In this document: in pieces, positions 19,100 to 28,758 of the stretch
How positions within the stretch are numbered: position 1 is the stretch's first letter
Layout: every line of letters starts with the position of its first letter
From: an uncultured Erysipelotrichaceae bacterium
GTDB lineage: Bacteria; Bacillota_I; Bacilli_A; RF39; UBA660
Reading direction: 5' to 3'
Assembly (NCBI GenBank): GCA_902776735.1
Contig: CACYRE010000001.1
Coordinates: 48,395 to 112,394 of the forward strand
DNA length: 64,000 bases
Translations under genes and position numbers: made by a program
The notes under the pieces: generated by a model
Databases searched by the model: none
What the model saw: only the letters and a program-made list of their open reading frames with translations
What the model was told of the DNA's origin: nothing

Positions 19100-19441
19100 T
19101 TATTTTCTCCTTTTAGGTTTTTCTTTATACATTTCATCTAATTTTTTCTTTTCAGTTTTAGAAATATTATTCTTACCATAATATTGTTTATATCTAGTTT
19201 TTAAAATTCTTAAAGCCTGTCTACATTGAACTTCATCAAAGTATTTAACATGAGTTGCATAATAATCTATATTCATTTGATTTGATAACCATTTATATAA
19301 AGCTGTTCTTGACGATTTTCTATTACTACTAAATAACCATAATGAATCCAAATAATAATGTACTTCTCGTCGCAATCTTGCTAATTCTTTGTCTTTTTTG
19401 TACTTAGATAATAAATTATATGTCTTATAAATAAAAATCAA
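19100..19441 (-). CDS. hypothetical basic protein
   Basis: ORF in array. Confidence 0.45.
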   Translation of the reverse strand: MIFIYKTYNLLSKYKKDKELARLRREVHYYLDSLWLFSSNRKSSRTALYKWLSNQMNIDYYATHVKYFDEVQCRQALRILKTRYKQYYGKNNISKTEKKKLDEMYKEKPKRRK

Positions 19442-19467
19442 TTTATGGACGTTCTGGTGACTTTTAA

Positions 19468-20844
19468 CTATAAAATTAAATTATCTAAAGTACTTTTTCT
19501 TATCTTACAGCTATCTGCAGCTCTATCTGGCCTCCAACCTTTAAAAATAGCATGAGCAAACCTTTGATTTTTAGATGATATATCTTGTCCATCTATTTCA
19601 GCAACACATCCATATACTCTTGGTAATAAAGCAACATTTCCATTTTCATCTTTTATAGAAATCATTTTTCTTAGTTCATCTGTCATTCCAGAAATAGTTG
19701 CTATATGATGTATTATTGGATTTCCAGTATCATCCAGTAGATAATTATTCTCATCATCTGTTAAATAAATTGAAAATTCTAAAGCTCCCACTAAACCTTC
19801 ATTAGCAGTACCTGGATTTCCTTCTTTAAATCCTGTTACAAAAGCGTCTACAGTATCTCCTAATTTTTCTGCTAATAAAGATTGAGACACAGTTCTTTTA
19901 AGTTTTATCCATTCTCCTCTACGTTTACTCCAAGGTTCATAACCAGAATCTAAATCTTTAGTAACTACTCCTTCTCCACCTTCATTAATTATCTGGTCAT
20001 AAAATGCATGTTTATTTATACAAGTGCTAGATATTAATTGTATTCTATCTTTAAACCCAGCAAATGATAACAATTTATATATTTCTAATACTTTTTTATA
20101 TCTTTCTCTAAATACTGGTCCTACTATCTCTTTTCCATTATCATCTAATTTATTAATTAACCAATTATTATTTAGTTTTAATATATCAAATATCATAAAT
20201 TTAAGTGGATTAGTTTCTTGCATTTTATGAGATAAATCGTCTAAACTTCCTAAAATACTAGTAGTTAAGTTTTGTTGAGTTTCTGCTACTAATTCTGTTC
20301 CATCTTTCATAGGATTCACGACGTTATAATATGGGACTATTTCTGTATCTATAATAAAATTATTAATACTAGCATTTGTTAATATTTCAGGAATAATCTG
20401 AGGTACTAGTATTTTAGTTCCATAAGATATAGGTAAACTATCTGTAATAGATTTATTCCTACTAAAGAAATCAAACCCTTTATTTCTATCCCAACAAACT
20501 AAACATCTACATCCATCTATTTTCTCTTGAAATATCCAACCATGTTCAGTATTAAAATCACAATCTTCCCATAGTTTATCTCTAATATTATCTAATTTTT
20601 TATCTTTGGACTGTAAAGCCAACATAGGTCCTGATATATGTAAAATATCCTTAACAAATGGATTTAGTGTACCTTCTCTTTCATATTTAGCTAAATAATA
20701 ATTTTGTACTGCTTCTTCTAAATCTTCTATAGTAGGTTCAAAATAATATTCTCCAGTATCTTTATTTTTTCTTCGTCTAGATTTTTTAATATTAGTTATA
20801 TTTAAATCTTCGCATTGTTTTATTAGTTCATCTTTTCTTGCCAT
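19468..20844 (-). CDS. lig: ATP-dependent DNA ligase
   Basis: Motif I KIDGCR, motif IV EGVVTK, motif V WIKLKR. Confidence 0.8.
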   Translation of the reverse strand: MARKDELIKQCEDLNITNIKKSRRRKNKDTGEYYFEPTIEDLEEAVQNYYLAKYEREGTLNPFVKDILHISGPMLALQSKDKKLDNIRDKLWEDCDFNTEHGWIFQEKIDGCRCLVCWDRNKGFDFFSRNKSITDSLPISYGTKILVPQIIPEILTNASINNFIIDTEIVPYYNVVNPMKDGTELVAETQQNLTTSILGSLDDLSHKMQETNPLKFMIFDILKLNNNWLINKLDDNGKEIVGPVFRERYKKVLEIYKLLSFAGFKDRIQLISSTCINKHAFYDQIINEGGEGVVTKDLDSGYEPWSKRRGEWIKLKRTVSQSLLAEKLGDTVDAFVTGFKEGNPGTANEGLVGALEFSIYLTDDENNYLLDDTGNPIIHHIATISGMTDELRKMISIKDENGNVALLPRVYGCVAEIDGQDISSKNQRFAHAIFKGWRPDRAADSCKIRKSTLDNLIL

Positions 20845-20858
20845 TATATCCTCCTAAT

Positions 20859-21338
20859 CTATATTATTTCTGCATTGTCTAGAAATTTGTCTAATACTAA
20901 TTTAATAAAATCTTTTCCTAAATTATTAGAGTTAGATGATTTAGTTATATCTACTTTTAATTCACCATTTTTATATCGTCTAAAATATATAGTTCCGTTG
21001 TCTATATTATCTTCCCAATATAATACAAACCATCTATCACCATCACCTACAGAACCACAAGCTGTTAAATCTACTTTGGAAATATTTCTAGTATAAGTAA
21101 TTTCATTATTTTTAATATCACTTTCTACTGGTTTTTGGTTCTCTCTAGTAATACCTTTAATTGCCCAAAATTGAGCTTCTTCTAATTTAGTCATAGCCAA
21201 ACTAGTTTCTCTTCCTGGTTTGCAAAGTTCTTCTACTGAATCATAAATATCAGACATACTATCTCTAAAACAATCTATTCTTGATTGCTGGTCTTCGGTT
21301 GTTTGAGTATATCTTGCTTTTTCATGTAAATCTCTCAT
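20859..21338 (-). CDS. hypothetical protein
   Basis: ORF, RBS AAGGAGGTAATAT upstream. Confidence 0.5.
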   Translation of the reverse strand: MRDLHEKARYTQTTEDQQSRIDCFRDSMSDIYDSVEELCKPGRETSLAMTKLEEAQFWAIKGITRENQKPVESDIKNNEITYTRNISKVDLTACGSVGDGDRWFVLYWEDNIDNGTIYFRRYKNGELKVDITKSSNSNNLGKDFIKLVLDKFLDNAEII

Positions 21339-21379
21339 ATTTATATTACCTCCTTATATAAATAATTATGCTATAAATG

Positions 21380-21413
21380 AAAATAGTATATAACTTAAGT
21401 TATATACTATTTT
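21380..21413. repeat. 34-bp perfect palindrome AAAATAGTATATAACTT|AAGTTATATACTATTTT
   Basis: Read directly; intergenic between 21477..22112 and 20859..21338. Confidence 0.8.
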
Positions 21414-21476
21414 CGAGAAATGATTGAATTTTTTATATAATATAAAGTTGCTATACTATATCTAATTTATATTATG

Positions 21477-22112
21477 CTATGTATTATACCATTTTATTTT
21501 GTCTTCTTCTAACATTTGTTTTAATTTTTCTCTATTTTCTACTTTAAATGCTTCTATCATATCGATTCCTAATTTATCTAAATAATCTTTAAAATAAATA
21601 GTATTTCTTTCTTGATGTATATTATTAAATGTTGATTTACCGTCTATATGTTGAACTAAACATGGTCTATAAATCAAATGTGGGATTCCTTTATTATGTA
21701 AAACTAATGATAATAATGTGCCATATTTTTGTTGTTTTGGATATTTGTCTTCTGGTAAATACATAGTCATCATCTCATCAGCTAGCATTTTAGTTATTCC
21801 CTTAGGAAAGTATGTACATTGGTTATATGCAAATATATTAGAATAATGTGTTGTATAATATAATTCTGGTCTATTAAAAAAATTAATAATAGAATCTGGA
21901 TATTGATTTACAACTTTTTTAACTTCTTCTTCAAAATTATTGCATAATATAATATCATCTTCCATAAGAACTGCGTTATAATCATTAATTTTATATAAAG
22001 CATCAATATAAGATTTAACATATTTATGTTCATAATCTATAATTGGTTCATATTCTATTGGAATATTAATTTTTCTATTTTCCATTGTACGTACAAAATA
22101 TTTTATATCCAT
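21477..22112 (-). CDS. hypothetical protein
   Basis: ORF; followed by 34-bp perfect palindrome. Confidence 0.5.
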   Translation of the reverse strand: MDIKYFVRTMENRKINIPIEYEPIIDYEHKYVKSYIDALYKINDYNAVLMEDDIILCNNFEEEVKKVVNQYPDSIINFFNRPELYYTTHYSNIFAYNQCTYFPKGITKMLADEMMTMYLPEDKYPKQQKYGTLLSLVLHNKGIPHLIYRPCLVQHIDGKSTFNNIHQERNTIYFKDYLDKLGIDMIEAFKVENREKLKQMLEEDKIKWYNT

Positions 22113-22114
22113 TT

Positions 22115-22732
22115 TTATACTACCTCTATTATTGGTTCTCCTGATAAACTAATTGTTTTAGTATCTCCACTTGCTCCTAATAATTTTATGCTAGATGTAT
22201 CTACTATATCTACTTGTAAATTACAATCTACTATTGGATTTCCTGATGAATAAGTTCTAATTAAATTAATAAAATCAATTACTCTAAAAGGATATGGAAC
22301 CATTCCACAACTAGTATTAAATGAAGCTATAGTAGATACAGTTTCATTACGTTCAAAACTACCATTTTTTCCTATAATACCACAAATAAATATACCATTA
22401 TTAATTGAAAAATATAGTTTACCCATAATATAAGTATTACTAATATAAGAAACAGCACACTCAGAAATAGTTATAAATCCTGTGATTTCACTTCCATCAG
22501 TATTTAATACCATTTCTTTTTCCTCATCAGTTGTATTATTATCTATTAAATTAACTAAGTATTCTAGTCTATATTTAACTCTAGAATTAGCTTTTAAATG
22601 TCTATTCTTGACTGAATCATCTAAAGTTCCAACTATATCAAATATTTGAACATCTTTCTTTATATTGTTTGAAATAATTTTTTCATTTTTTTCATTTAAA
22701 ATTTCTTGAGCTTTTTCTTTTAAAGTACTCAT
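22115..22732 (-). CDS. receptor-binding/tail-fibre-like protein, paralogue A1 (shared N-term MSTLKEKAQEILNEKNEKIIS)
   Basis: N-terminal ~35 aa near-identical to 24044..24826 and similar to 56285..57037; divergent C-terminus. Confidence 0.55.
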   Translation of the reverse strand: MSTLKEKAQEILNEKNEKIISNNIKKDVQIFDIVGTLDDSVKNRHLKANSRVKYRLEYLVNLIDNNTTDEEKEMVLNTDGSEITGFITISECAVSYISNTYIMGKLYFSINNGIFICGIIGKNGSFERNETVSTIASFNTSCGMVPYPFRVIDFINLIRTYSSGNPIVDCNLQVDIVDTSSIKLLGASGDTKTISLSGEPIIEVV

Positions 22733-22751
22733 ATTTTTCTCCTTCCTTATT

Positions 22752-23243
22752 TTAATTTCCTAAAATCTCATCGAGAATAGCTTCTATTTCTTCTTCAGTT
22801 CCACCCATTCCGTCATAACTATCTGAAGTTCCATCAATATCATTTAAAATATCCATTACTTCTTCAGCATCTGGAACAGGAGTTGGTTCTGGTGATGGTC
22901 CTGGCCCTATTTCACTATTATTAGCGATTTGAACTATTCCTTTTAATAGAGTAGTTTCTGTTGGTTCTACTTTATCAGGATTTGTATATACTTGAGTTAT
23001 TTCTCCAGGAGTAATAAATTTAATATCATCAGAAGAACCTGCAATAACTGCATTATTCTTTAATATTCTTTTCATTGCTTCTGGTGTTATACTTTCTACA
23101 GTAACTATAGTTCCATCTTCTAAAGTAACTTCTCTTTGAAAAGCTATTTTGCTATCAGAGCTATCAATATTATCATTAATAACATGAACAAAACCTAATT
23201 CTGTAGTAGAATCATTTAATGTATTCTGTTTTAATTTTTCCAT
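22752..23243 (-). CDS. paralogue B1 (shared N-term LKQNTLxxSTTELGF...EVTLEDGT)
   Basis: N-terminal module shared with 23316..24020. Confidence 0.5.
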   Translation of the reverse strand: MEKLKQNTLNDSTTELGFVHVINDNIDSSDSKIAFQREVTLEDGTIVTVESITPEAMKRILKNNAVIAGSSDDIKFITPGEITQVYTNPDKVEPTETTLLKGIVQIANNSEIGPGPSPEPTPVPDAEEVMDILNDIDGTSDSYDGMGGTEEEIEAILDEILGN

Positions 23244-23315
23244 AATCTAATGTTTTCTCCTTTCATATTATTTTAACTATTTATGAATAATTAAATATAA
23301 AGTATTAGTTTTTGA

Positions 23316-24020
23316 TTAAATGCTTTCAGCTGAGTCAAGTAACCAATCAAGTTTTTCTGAGTCATATTCTAATAATGAAGTTGGTGTTCCAGAAGATAAA
23401 TTATTTTGTATAGCATTTATTTCTTCTAATACAAACTCATCTATAGAAGCTGGTTCGTATTGTCCTGTTTGACTTACTGAGTACCAACCTGCTTTTTCAA
23501 ATCCAGATGCTTGAGCCATATTTTGAGTAATATACATTAATCCATAACGTTCAGAGTCTTTATAAAATGAAATTCCTATAAAAGGCATTTTATTTATATA
23601 TGATGTTACTATTCCAATACCATTATCTATATTGCCGATACCAATAAATACTGAATTATCTTGAATATTTAAAAATTCAGCTAATTCCTCAATACTCATA
23701 TTATCTATAGTATCTAATCTTTCTTTAAGTTTAAATTTATATGAGCTTCCTAAAGTAATAGTATCAAATTTTTGTTCTGGAGAATCCCCATTATATATTT
23801 GTACTACTCCATTCAATTCAACATCTCCATTTATATATGGTTCTCCTGGAGTTTTAAAAGTAATACCTAATTTTGTAGCTAACATTGCAGGAGTAATTCC
23901 ATTTATCATAGTTTTTGTTCCATCTTCTAAAGTAACTTCTTGTTGAAGAGGAATATTTGTTTCAGCTGGAAAACCTAACTCTGTAGTTGCTTCAGCTAAA
24001 TTGTTTTGTTTTAAAGCCAT
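23316..24020 (-). CDS. paralogue B2 (shared N-term MALKQNNLAEATTELGF...EVTLEDGT)
   Basis: N-terminal module shared with 22752..23243. Confidence 0.5.
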   Translation of the reverse strand: MALKQNNLAEATTELGFPAETNIPLQQEVTLEDGTKTMINGITPAMLATKLGITFKTPGEPYINGDVELNGVVQIYNGDSPEQKFDTITLGSSYKFKLKERLDTIDNMSIEELAEFLNIQDNSVFIGIGNIDNGIGIVTSYINKMPFIGISFYKDSERYGLMYITQNMAQASGFEKAGWYSVSQTGQYEPASIDEFVLEEINAIQNNLSSGTPTSLLEYDSEKLDWLLDSAESI

Positions 24021-24043
24021 TTTTATTTTCTCCTTTCTTTAAT

Positions 24044-24826
24044 TTATTGTACTGGTTCACGTACTTCCCAACCTAATTCCATACAATCTTGCCAAATAGG
24101 TAATTCTGTACATGTATTACATTGACTATCTGAAAAACCAAGTAAACGGTCTAATGTTTTCCAATGAGCTCGTGGTGGTTGAACTTTATTTAATGGAAAC
24201 TCAATATCAGAAATCATAGCTAATATGTTATTTAAACTTTCATTAGATAAATTTGGACAATTTTGAAACATATTATTCATAAAATTATCATGCAAATATT
24301 CTTCTAATGTTTTATCAAAGCTTTCAGCAATCCTTGTTATATCTTCTAAACTAGTATTTATACAATATACTGGTACATCAACTAAATCTCCACAACCACC
24401 AAACATTCCATAAACAGATGTTGCATTAATTATATTTATTTGTGGAGCATTTATAATTCGTGAACCTGAAAACATACTATCAAATCTAGTACCAGAACTT
24501 GTATCTATATTTAAGTCAATTCTAGAGCTATCTGTATCAGAATAAAGCTCACCAAACATATTAACGAAATCTGTAACTTGACTAAAATCTAATTTATTAA
24601 AAACATCACTTATTAATAAATTATAATATTCAACAGGAATACTACCTTCATCATATAAAGTGTCTCTAAACATCTCTACTGCTCTAAGTCTAGTAAAACT
24701 AGGTAAAGTAGGTTTATAATTTCCTACTACATTAAATATCTGTGTTCCTGGTCTTATGTTATCTGAAATAATTTTTTCATTTTTTTCAGTTAAAATCTCT
24801 TCAGCTTTTTCTTTTAAAGTAGACAT
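24044..24826 (-). CDS. receptor-binding/tail-fibre-like protein, paralogue A2; C-term with NxSNESLNNILAM motif
   Basis: Shares N-term with 22115 and C-terminal NLSNESLNNILAMISDI with 51002 and 56285 proteins. Confidence 0.55.
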   Translation of the reverse strand: MSTLKEKAEEILTEKNEKIISDNIRPGTQIFNVVGNYKPTLPSFTRLRAVEMFRDTLYDEGSIPVEYYNLLISDVFNKLDFSQVTDFVNMFGELYSDTDSSRIDLNIDTSSGTRFDSMFSGSRIINAPQINIINATSVYGMFGGCGDLVDVPVYCINTSLEDITRIAESFDKTLEEYLHDNFMNNMFQNCPNLSNESLNNILAMISDIEFPLNKVQPPRAHWKTLDRLLGFSDSQCNTCTELPIWQDCMELGWEVREPVQ

Positions 24827-24840
24827 ATTTTTCTCCTTTC

Positions 24841-26013
24841 TTAAGATTTATCTATATTAGATTTTTTCTTATTATCTAAATTTTGCATTAATTCTAAAGC
24901 TGCTTGCCATCCTTGTACTGTATCTATTAAAATATTTTGTGCAGGTCTATCATTAATTGAAAGATATGTATTATATTCTGGATTTGGGTCATATACTTTC
25001 CAAGTTCCATTTATATCATGTTCTGTATTAATAGACCAGCTATAATCAGTTTCATCATAAGGATGAGAACTAGAAATATAATATTTATTATTAGAATCTT
25101 TAAAATAATAAGGTCTAGGTAATTCTGGTAAACCATTTTCATCGAAAGACATTTGACCATTTTCATCTTCATATCCTTCTTTTAATTTATCTTTATGAAT
25201 AGCTAGATATTTATCTCCTTCTTTAACTAAGATATAATTACCTCTTTGATATTGACCTTTAGAATTTTTTAAGAAACCTTTATTTAAAATATTTAATCCT
25301 TCATCCAATCCAGAAAGTAATATATCATAATGTTTCTTTTTAGAAGTAGTAACATCTTTATTCATATCTTGGTCTACTTTAGGAGCTATATCAGAAGTTT
25401 GTGTTCCATCTTCTTTTATTTCTATTCTTCTAGTATCTTGAGCTTTATTAACTAATTTAGTATATTGTTCATTAGATATATTATCTTCTAATGAAGCTTT
25501 TTCTAAAAAATCGTCTAGCTCTTTATCTGTTGCGTCTTTAGAAATTAAGTCATCTAACTCTTTATCTAAAGCTATATAATAAGCATTTTCTTCATCAAAA
25601 GATTCCTTTATTTTTTTGTTTCCATTACCTCTAAGAATATAACCTGCTCCTTCAAATATTTTATAACCATTAATTTCAGTTAAAGGAATACCAGCTTCTT
25701 CTACTATTTCTATATTTTCATTTAATAAATCATTACATTCTGAATAATAGTCTTCTACAGTAATTCCTGACTCTTCAAATATATCTTTAAATTTTCCAGT
25801 TTCTAAAATATAATTTTCATTTAAATACAATAAAGAAGTTGCATAAGCCCTACATTCTAATAAATCATCTAAAATATTATTATCTGAATTATCTGTATTC
25901 TTATAAGCAATAACTTTATTATCTAAACCATTAATCTTAATTAGATTATATACACCCTCTTTAAGATTAACTATATCATATTTTAGATTTTTAAAATTAC
26001 TTAATATATTCAT
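24841..26013 (-). CDS. hypothetical protein
   Basis: 390-aa ORF downstream of a strong terminator hairpin. Confidence 0.5.
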   Translation of the reverse strand: MNILSNFKNLKYDIVNLKEGVYNLIKINGLDNKVIAYKNTDNSDNNILDDLLECRAYATSLLYLNENYILETGKFKDIFEESGITVEDYYSECNDLLNENIEIVEEAGIPLTEINGYKIFEGAGYILRGNGNKKIKESFDEENAYYIALDKELDDLISKDATDKELDDFLEKASLEDNISNEQYTKLVNKAQDTRRIEIKEDGTQTSDIAPKVDQDMNKDVTTSKKKHYDILLSGLDEGLNILNKGFLKNSKGQYQRGNYILVKEGDKYLAIHKDKLKEGYEDENGQMSFDENGLPELPRPYYFKDSNNKYYISSSHPYDETDYSWSINTEHDINGTWKVYDPNPEYNTYLSINDRPAQNILIDTVQGWQAALELMQNLDNKKKSNIDKS

Positions 26014-26073
26014 TAAATCTTACTCCTTTCTGTAATTATTCTATAACTAATTATTCTTCCTAATTAAATATAT

Positions 26074-26103
26074 AAAAGTGTAACATCATTTAGTTACACT
26101 TTT
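26074..26103 (-). terminator. intrinsic terminator (11-bp stem AAAAGTGTAAC/GTTACACTTTT, 8-nt loop, flanking T/A runs; potentially bidirectional)
   Basis: Between 26133..26321 stop and 24841..26013 start. Confidence 0.65.
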
Positions 26104-26132
26104 ATAATTCTTCAAATTTTAAATTTTTAATT

Positions 26133-26321
26133 CTACCGTCTGGACACGTAAATGGATTTATCTCTAAATAACCGGTCTCGTCTATAAGTAAATAAACATA
26201 TTATATTACCTAGTTCTAAACCAGCATCTTCTACAGCACTCTGGATGTCTTGAACAGCATTTTCTATATTGTATTTATTTTTATAAACACTTAATTGTTG
26301 TTCTATAGATTCTTTAGTCAT
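26133..26321 (-). CDS. small hypothetical protein
   Basis: Strong SD AAGGAGGAATAATAAAAATG; C-terminal third has atypical composition. Confidence 0.4.
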   Translation of the reverse strand: MTKESIEQQLSVYKNKYNIENAVQDIQSAVEDAGLELGNIICLFTYRRDRLFRDKSIYVSRR

Positions 26322-26326
26322 TTTTA

Positions 26327-26629
26327 TTATTCCTCCTTATTTAATTTATTAAAATACTCTTGATACTCTGGATTACTAAATAATTCAATTATTTCTTCTT
26401 TATCTAAATCTGGATTAGTTGCTAGAAACTTTACTGCTTCAGCTAAATTGTTAATAGTAATTCTTTGTTCTTCATGTGATTTTAAAATAATATTACGAGC
26501 TTTTAATAATGCATCAACATAGCTTGTATCAAGTGTATTATAATCAAAATCTGTAGGTTCTAAATTTTTTAATCTATCTATTACTTCATGTTCAAAATTT
26601 TCTTCTTTACTCATTTCTTCTTCATTCAT
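26327..26629 (-). CDS. hypothetical acidic protein
   Basis: ORF, SD GGAGGATTAAAATATG. Confidence 0.45.
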   Translation of the reverse strand: MNEEEMSKEENFEHEVIDRLKNLEPTDFDYNTLDTSYVDALLKARNIILKSHEEQRITINNLAEAVKFLATNPDLDKEEIIELFSNPEYQEYFNKLNKEE

Positions 26630-26632
26630 ATT

Positions 26633-26953
26633 TTAATCCTCCTCTCTAAATTCAAAAGCATAATAGCTAATTTCAGAATAACTAAAATTTTTATATCTTT
26701 TTTGAAGATATATAACAAACATATCTTCTTCTATAAAATCAGCTAAACAACAATCTTCATCACCTTCATATTCATTTGTTATATTAAATTGTTCTTTAAA
26801 CTTATCTGTATATTTATTACTTAATTTATCTATAAGCCAATAAATTTTATCATGTTCTTTAGCTTCTCCTTTTATATCAATATTATCTAAAAATTCTGAA
26901 TATAATCTTTCTTCTATTTTTCTAATTTCTTTCCATGGTCTTTTCCAACTCAT
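26633..26953 (-). CDS. hypothetical protein
   Basis: ORF in array. Confidence 0.45.
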   Translation of the reverse strand: MSWKRPWKEIRKIEERLYSEFLDNIDIKGEAKEHDKIYWLIDKLSNKYTDKFKEQFNITNEYEGDEDCCLADFIEEDMFVIYLQKRYKNFSYSEISYYAFEFREED

Positions 26954-26955
26954 AA

Positions 26956-28470
26956 TTAATTTTTTCCTTCCTCTAAAATTTGTTTTAATTCTTCTTCAGT
27001 TAATAATCTATTTTGTTTAAAACACCATAATAAACCTTGTTTTAATTGTCTAGTTAAATTTCGGTCTATTTGTCCTACTTCTAATGGAAGAGTTTCTACT
27101 TTACCAAACATATTTGATATTAATCCACCATTAATTTGTACTAAGCATCTTTTATAACTATCTATTGTACCAACAGCTTCTAATATATGAACATATTGTT
27201 CTGAATATTTACTATCAATTCTAGTAACTCTACCCACAGCTTGTATAAAAGTTAATATACTAAAAGGTATATCATAAAATACTATACTGTCTGCTCTTTG
27301 TAAATTTATACTCTCAGTACCAGCACTAGTAATTAAGACCACAGTCTTATTATCTATTAAATCTTCAACTTTTTCTCTCTGTTTTTGAGATACATCGCCT
27401 GTAACTTTTAAAATCTGTTTTACTCCAGTAATAGATTTACTTTTATTTAAAATTAATTCTAGCCTATCTATTACTTCATTATAATCACAATATACTAAAG
27501 TTGGATGATTATTATCCATTTTAGTTTTAATTAATTGTACAAATAATATCTCCTTACTAGAAAGTTTATCATTAACTCTATGGTCTTCATTAATATTATC
27601 TACTACTTGTTGTAAATCATGCATTCTTACCGCAAAGCTATCTTTAGCAGTATCTCTTAGTAAACCTTTTCCTGCTTCTAAATAGCCATCTATTTCATTT
27701 TTATTTAAATTAGTTTTATGAAAATAATATTTAAGATTATATTCTTTTTGTTTTATTATAATATATTTATCTAAAAGATTTTTTAATATCTGTAAATTTT
27801 TATACCCTACAATTTCTTCTTCCCAAACAGTTTTTCTATATTTATTTTTTCCTTTACCTACTAATCTTATCACTGGATGTTTATCTATAATTAAAAACAT
27901 CTTTTTAAAATATTCCCAAGTTCCTAATATTTTAGGGTCTAATATATACATAAGCCAATATAAACCTTCAATATTATTCTTTAATGGAGTAGCCGTCATA
28001 AAATGGACTATTGAAAATAAATGTCTTATACTAGCTACAGTTTCATAAATCTTACTAGTATTACTTTCTAAACAATGTGCCTCATCAACTAATAATATTA
28101 ATCTATGACCATTTTCTCTAAGCATATTTATATAATCTAAATGTTTTCTTAAACTAGTATGAGTTATTATAGATATTCTAGCTCCCTTTTGCATTTGTGG
28201 AGTAGCACTGGTTAAAGTATTAAAAGATATTTTTAATTTTTCTGTTAATTCTTTTCTAAAAGCTTTTACTGCTTTTTGTGGTACTAAAAATATAGCATGA
28301 GTATCTGGATATTTTAATAAAACATGAGTAACACAAGTTGTCATAGTATATGTCTTACCAAATCCAGTCTGAGCGCTACATACAGCTTTATTACGTTTTA
28401 TCATAAAATCTATTATTTCATTTTGGTCATCTGTTAATGGCCAATCTTTACGTAAAGTATAATCTATCAT
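26956..28470 (-). CDS. superfamily-2 DEAH-box helicase
   Basis: Motif I AQTGFGKT, II LLVDEAHCL, III MTATP, VI QAVGRVTRID. Confidence 0.75.
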   Translation of the reverse strand: MIDYTLRKDWPLTDDQNEIIDFMIKRNKAVCSAQTGFGKTYTMTTCVTHVLLKYPDTHAIFLVPQKAVKAFRKELTEKLKISFNTLTSATPQMQKGARISIITHTSLRKHLDYINMLRENGHRLILLVDEAHCLESNTSKIYETVASIRHLFSIVHFMTATPLKNNIEGLYWLMYILDPKILGTWEYFKKMFLIIDKHPVIRLVGKGKNKYRKTVWEEEIVGYKNLQILKNLLDKYIIIKQKEYNLKYYFHKTNLNKNEIDGYLEAGKGLLRDTAKDSFAVRMHDLQQVVDNINEDHRVNDKLSSKEILFVQLIKTKMDNNHPTLVYCDYNEVIDRLELILNKSKSITGVKQILKVTGDVSQKQREKVEDLIDNKTVVLITSAGTESINLQRADSIVFYDIPFSILTFIQAVGRVTRIDSKYSEQYVHILEAVGTIDSYKRCLVQINGGLISNMFGKVETLPLEVGQIDRNLTRQLKQGLLWCFKQNRLLTEEELKQILEEGKN

Positions 28471-28475
28471 ATATC

Positions 28476-28700
28476 CTACCTATCCCATAAAGTATCGTCT
28501 CTAATTAATTTATATCTAAATATATATGGGGGTATATAAGTTAAACTACTTTTATTATATTCAGTAAAACTAATATCTCCATAGTTATAAGTTATTTCTT
28601 CTGCTTTAATAAACTGTTTTTCAAAATCATCTAATTTATCTAATATCTCCTTATTAGTAACAGAATTTATAATATCAGCTTGTATTTGTACTGTTATCAT
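28476..28700 (-). CDS. hypothetical protein
   Basis: small ORF. Confidence 0.4.
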   Translation of the reverse strand: MITVQIQADIINSVTNKEILDKLDDFEKQFIKAEEITYNYGDISFTEYNKSSLTYIPPYIFRYKLIRDDTLWDR

Positions 28701-28758
28701 ATACTACCTCATATAAATTAAAAATACAGGATTTTCTAATCCTGTATTATATTATGCT

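Noticed and set aside
19099-19137. ORF-track N-terminal extension MKCIKKNLKGENK of phosphoesterase gene
   Set aside because: No RBS; would overlap the upstream gene. The internal ATG at 19098 has a canonical SD.
20024-20230. plus-strand ORF (68 aa)
   Set aside because: Antisense inside DNA ligase gene.
20875-21096. plus-strand ORF (73 aa)
   Set aside because: Antisense inside 20859..21338.
22026-22253. plus-strand ORF (75 aa)
   Set aside because: Antisense across two minus-strand genes.
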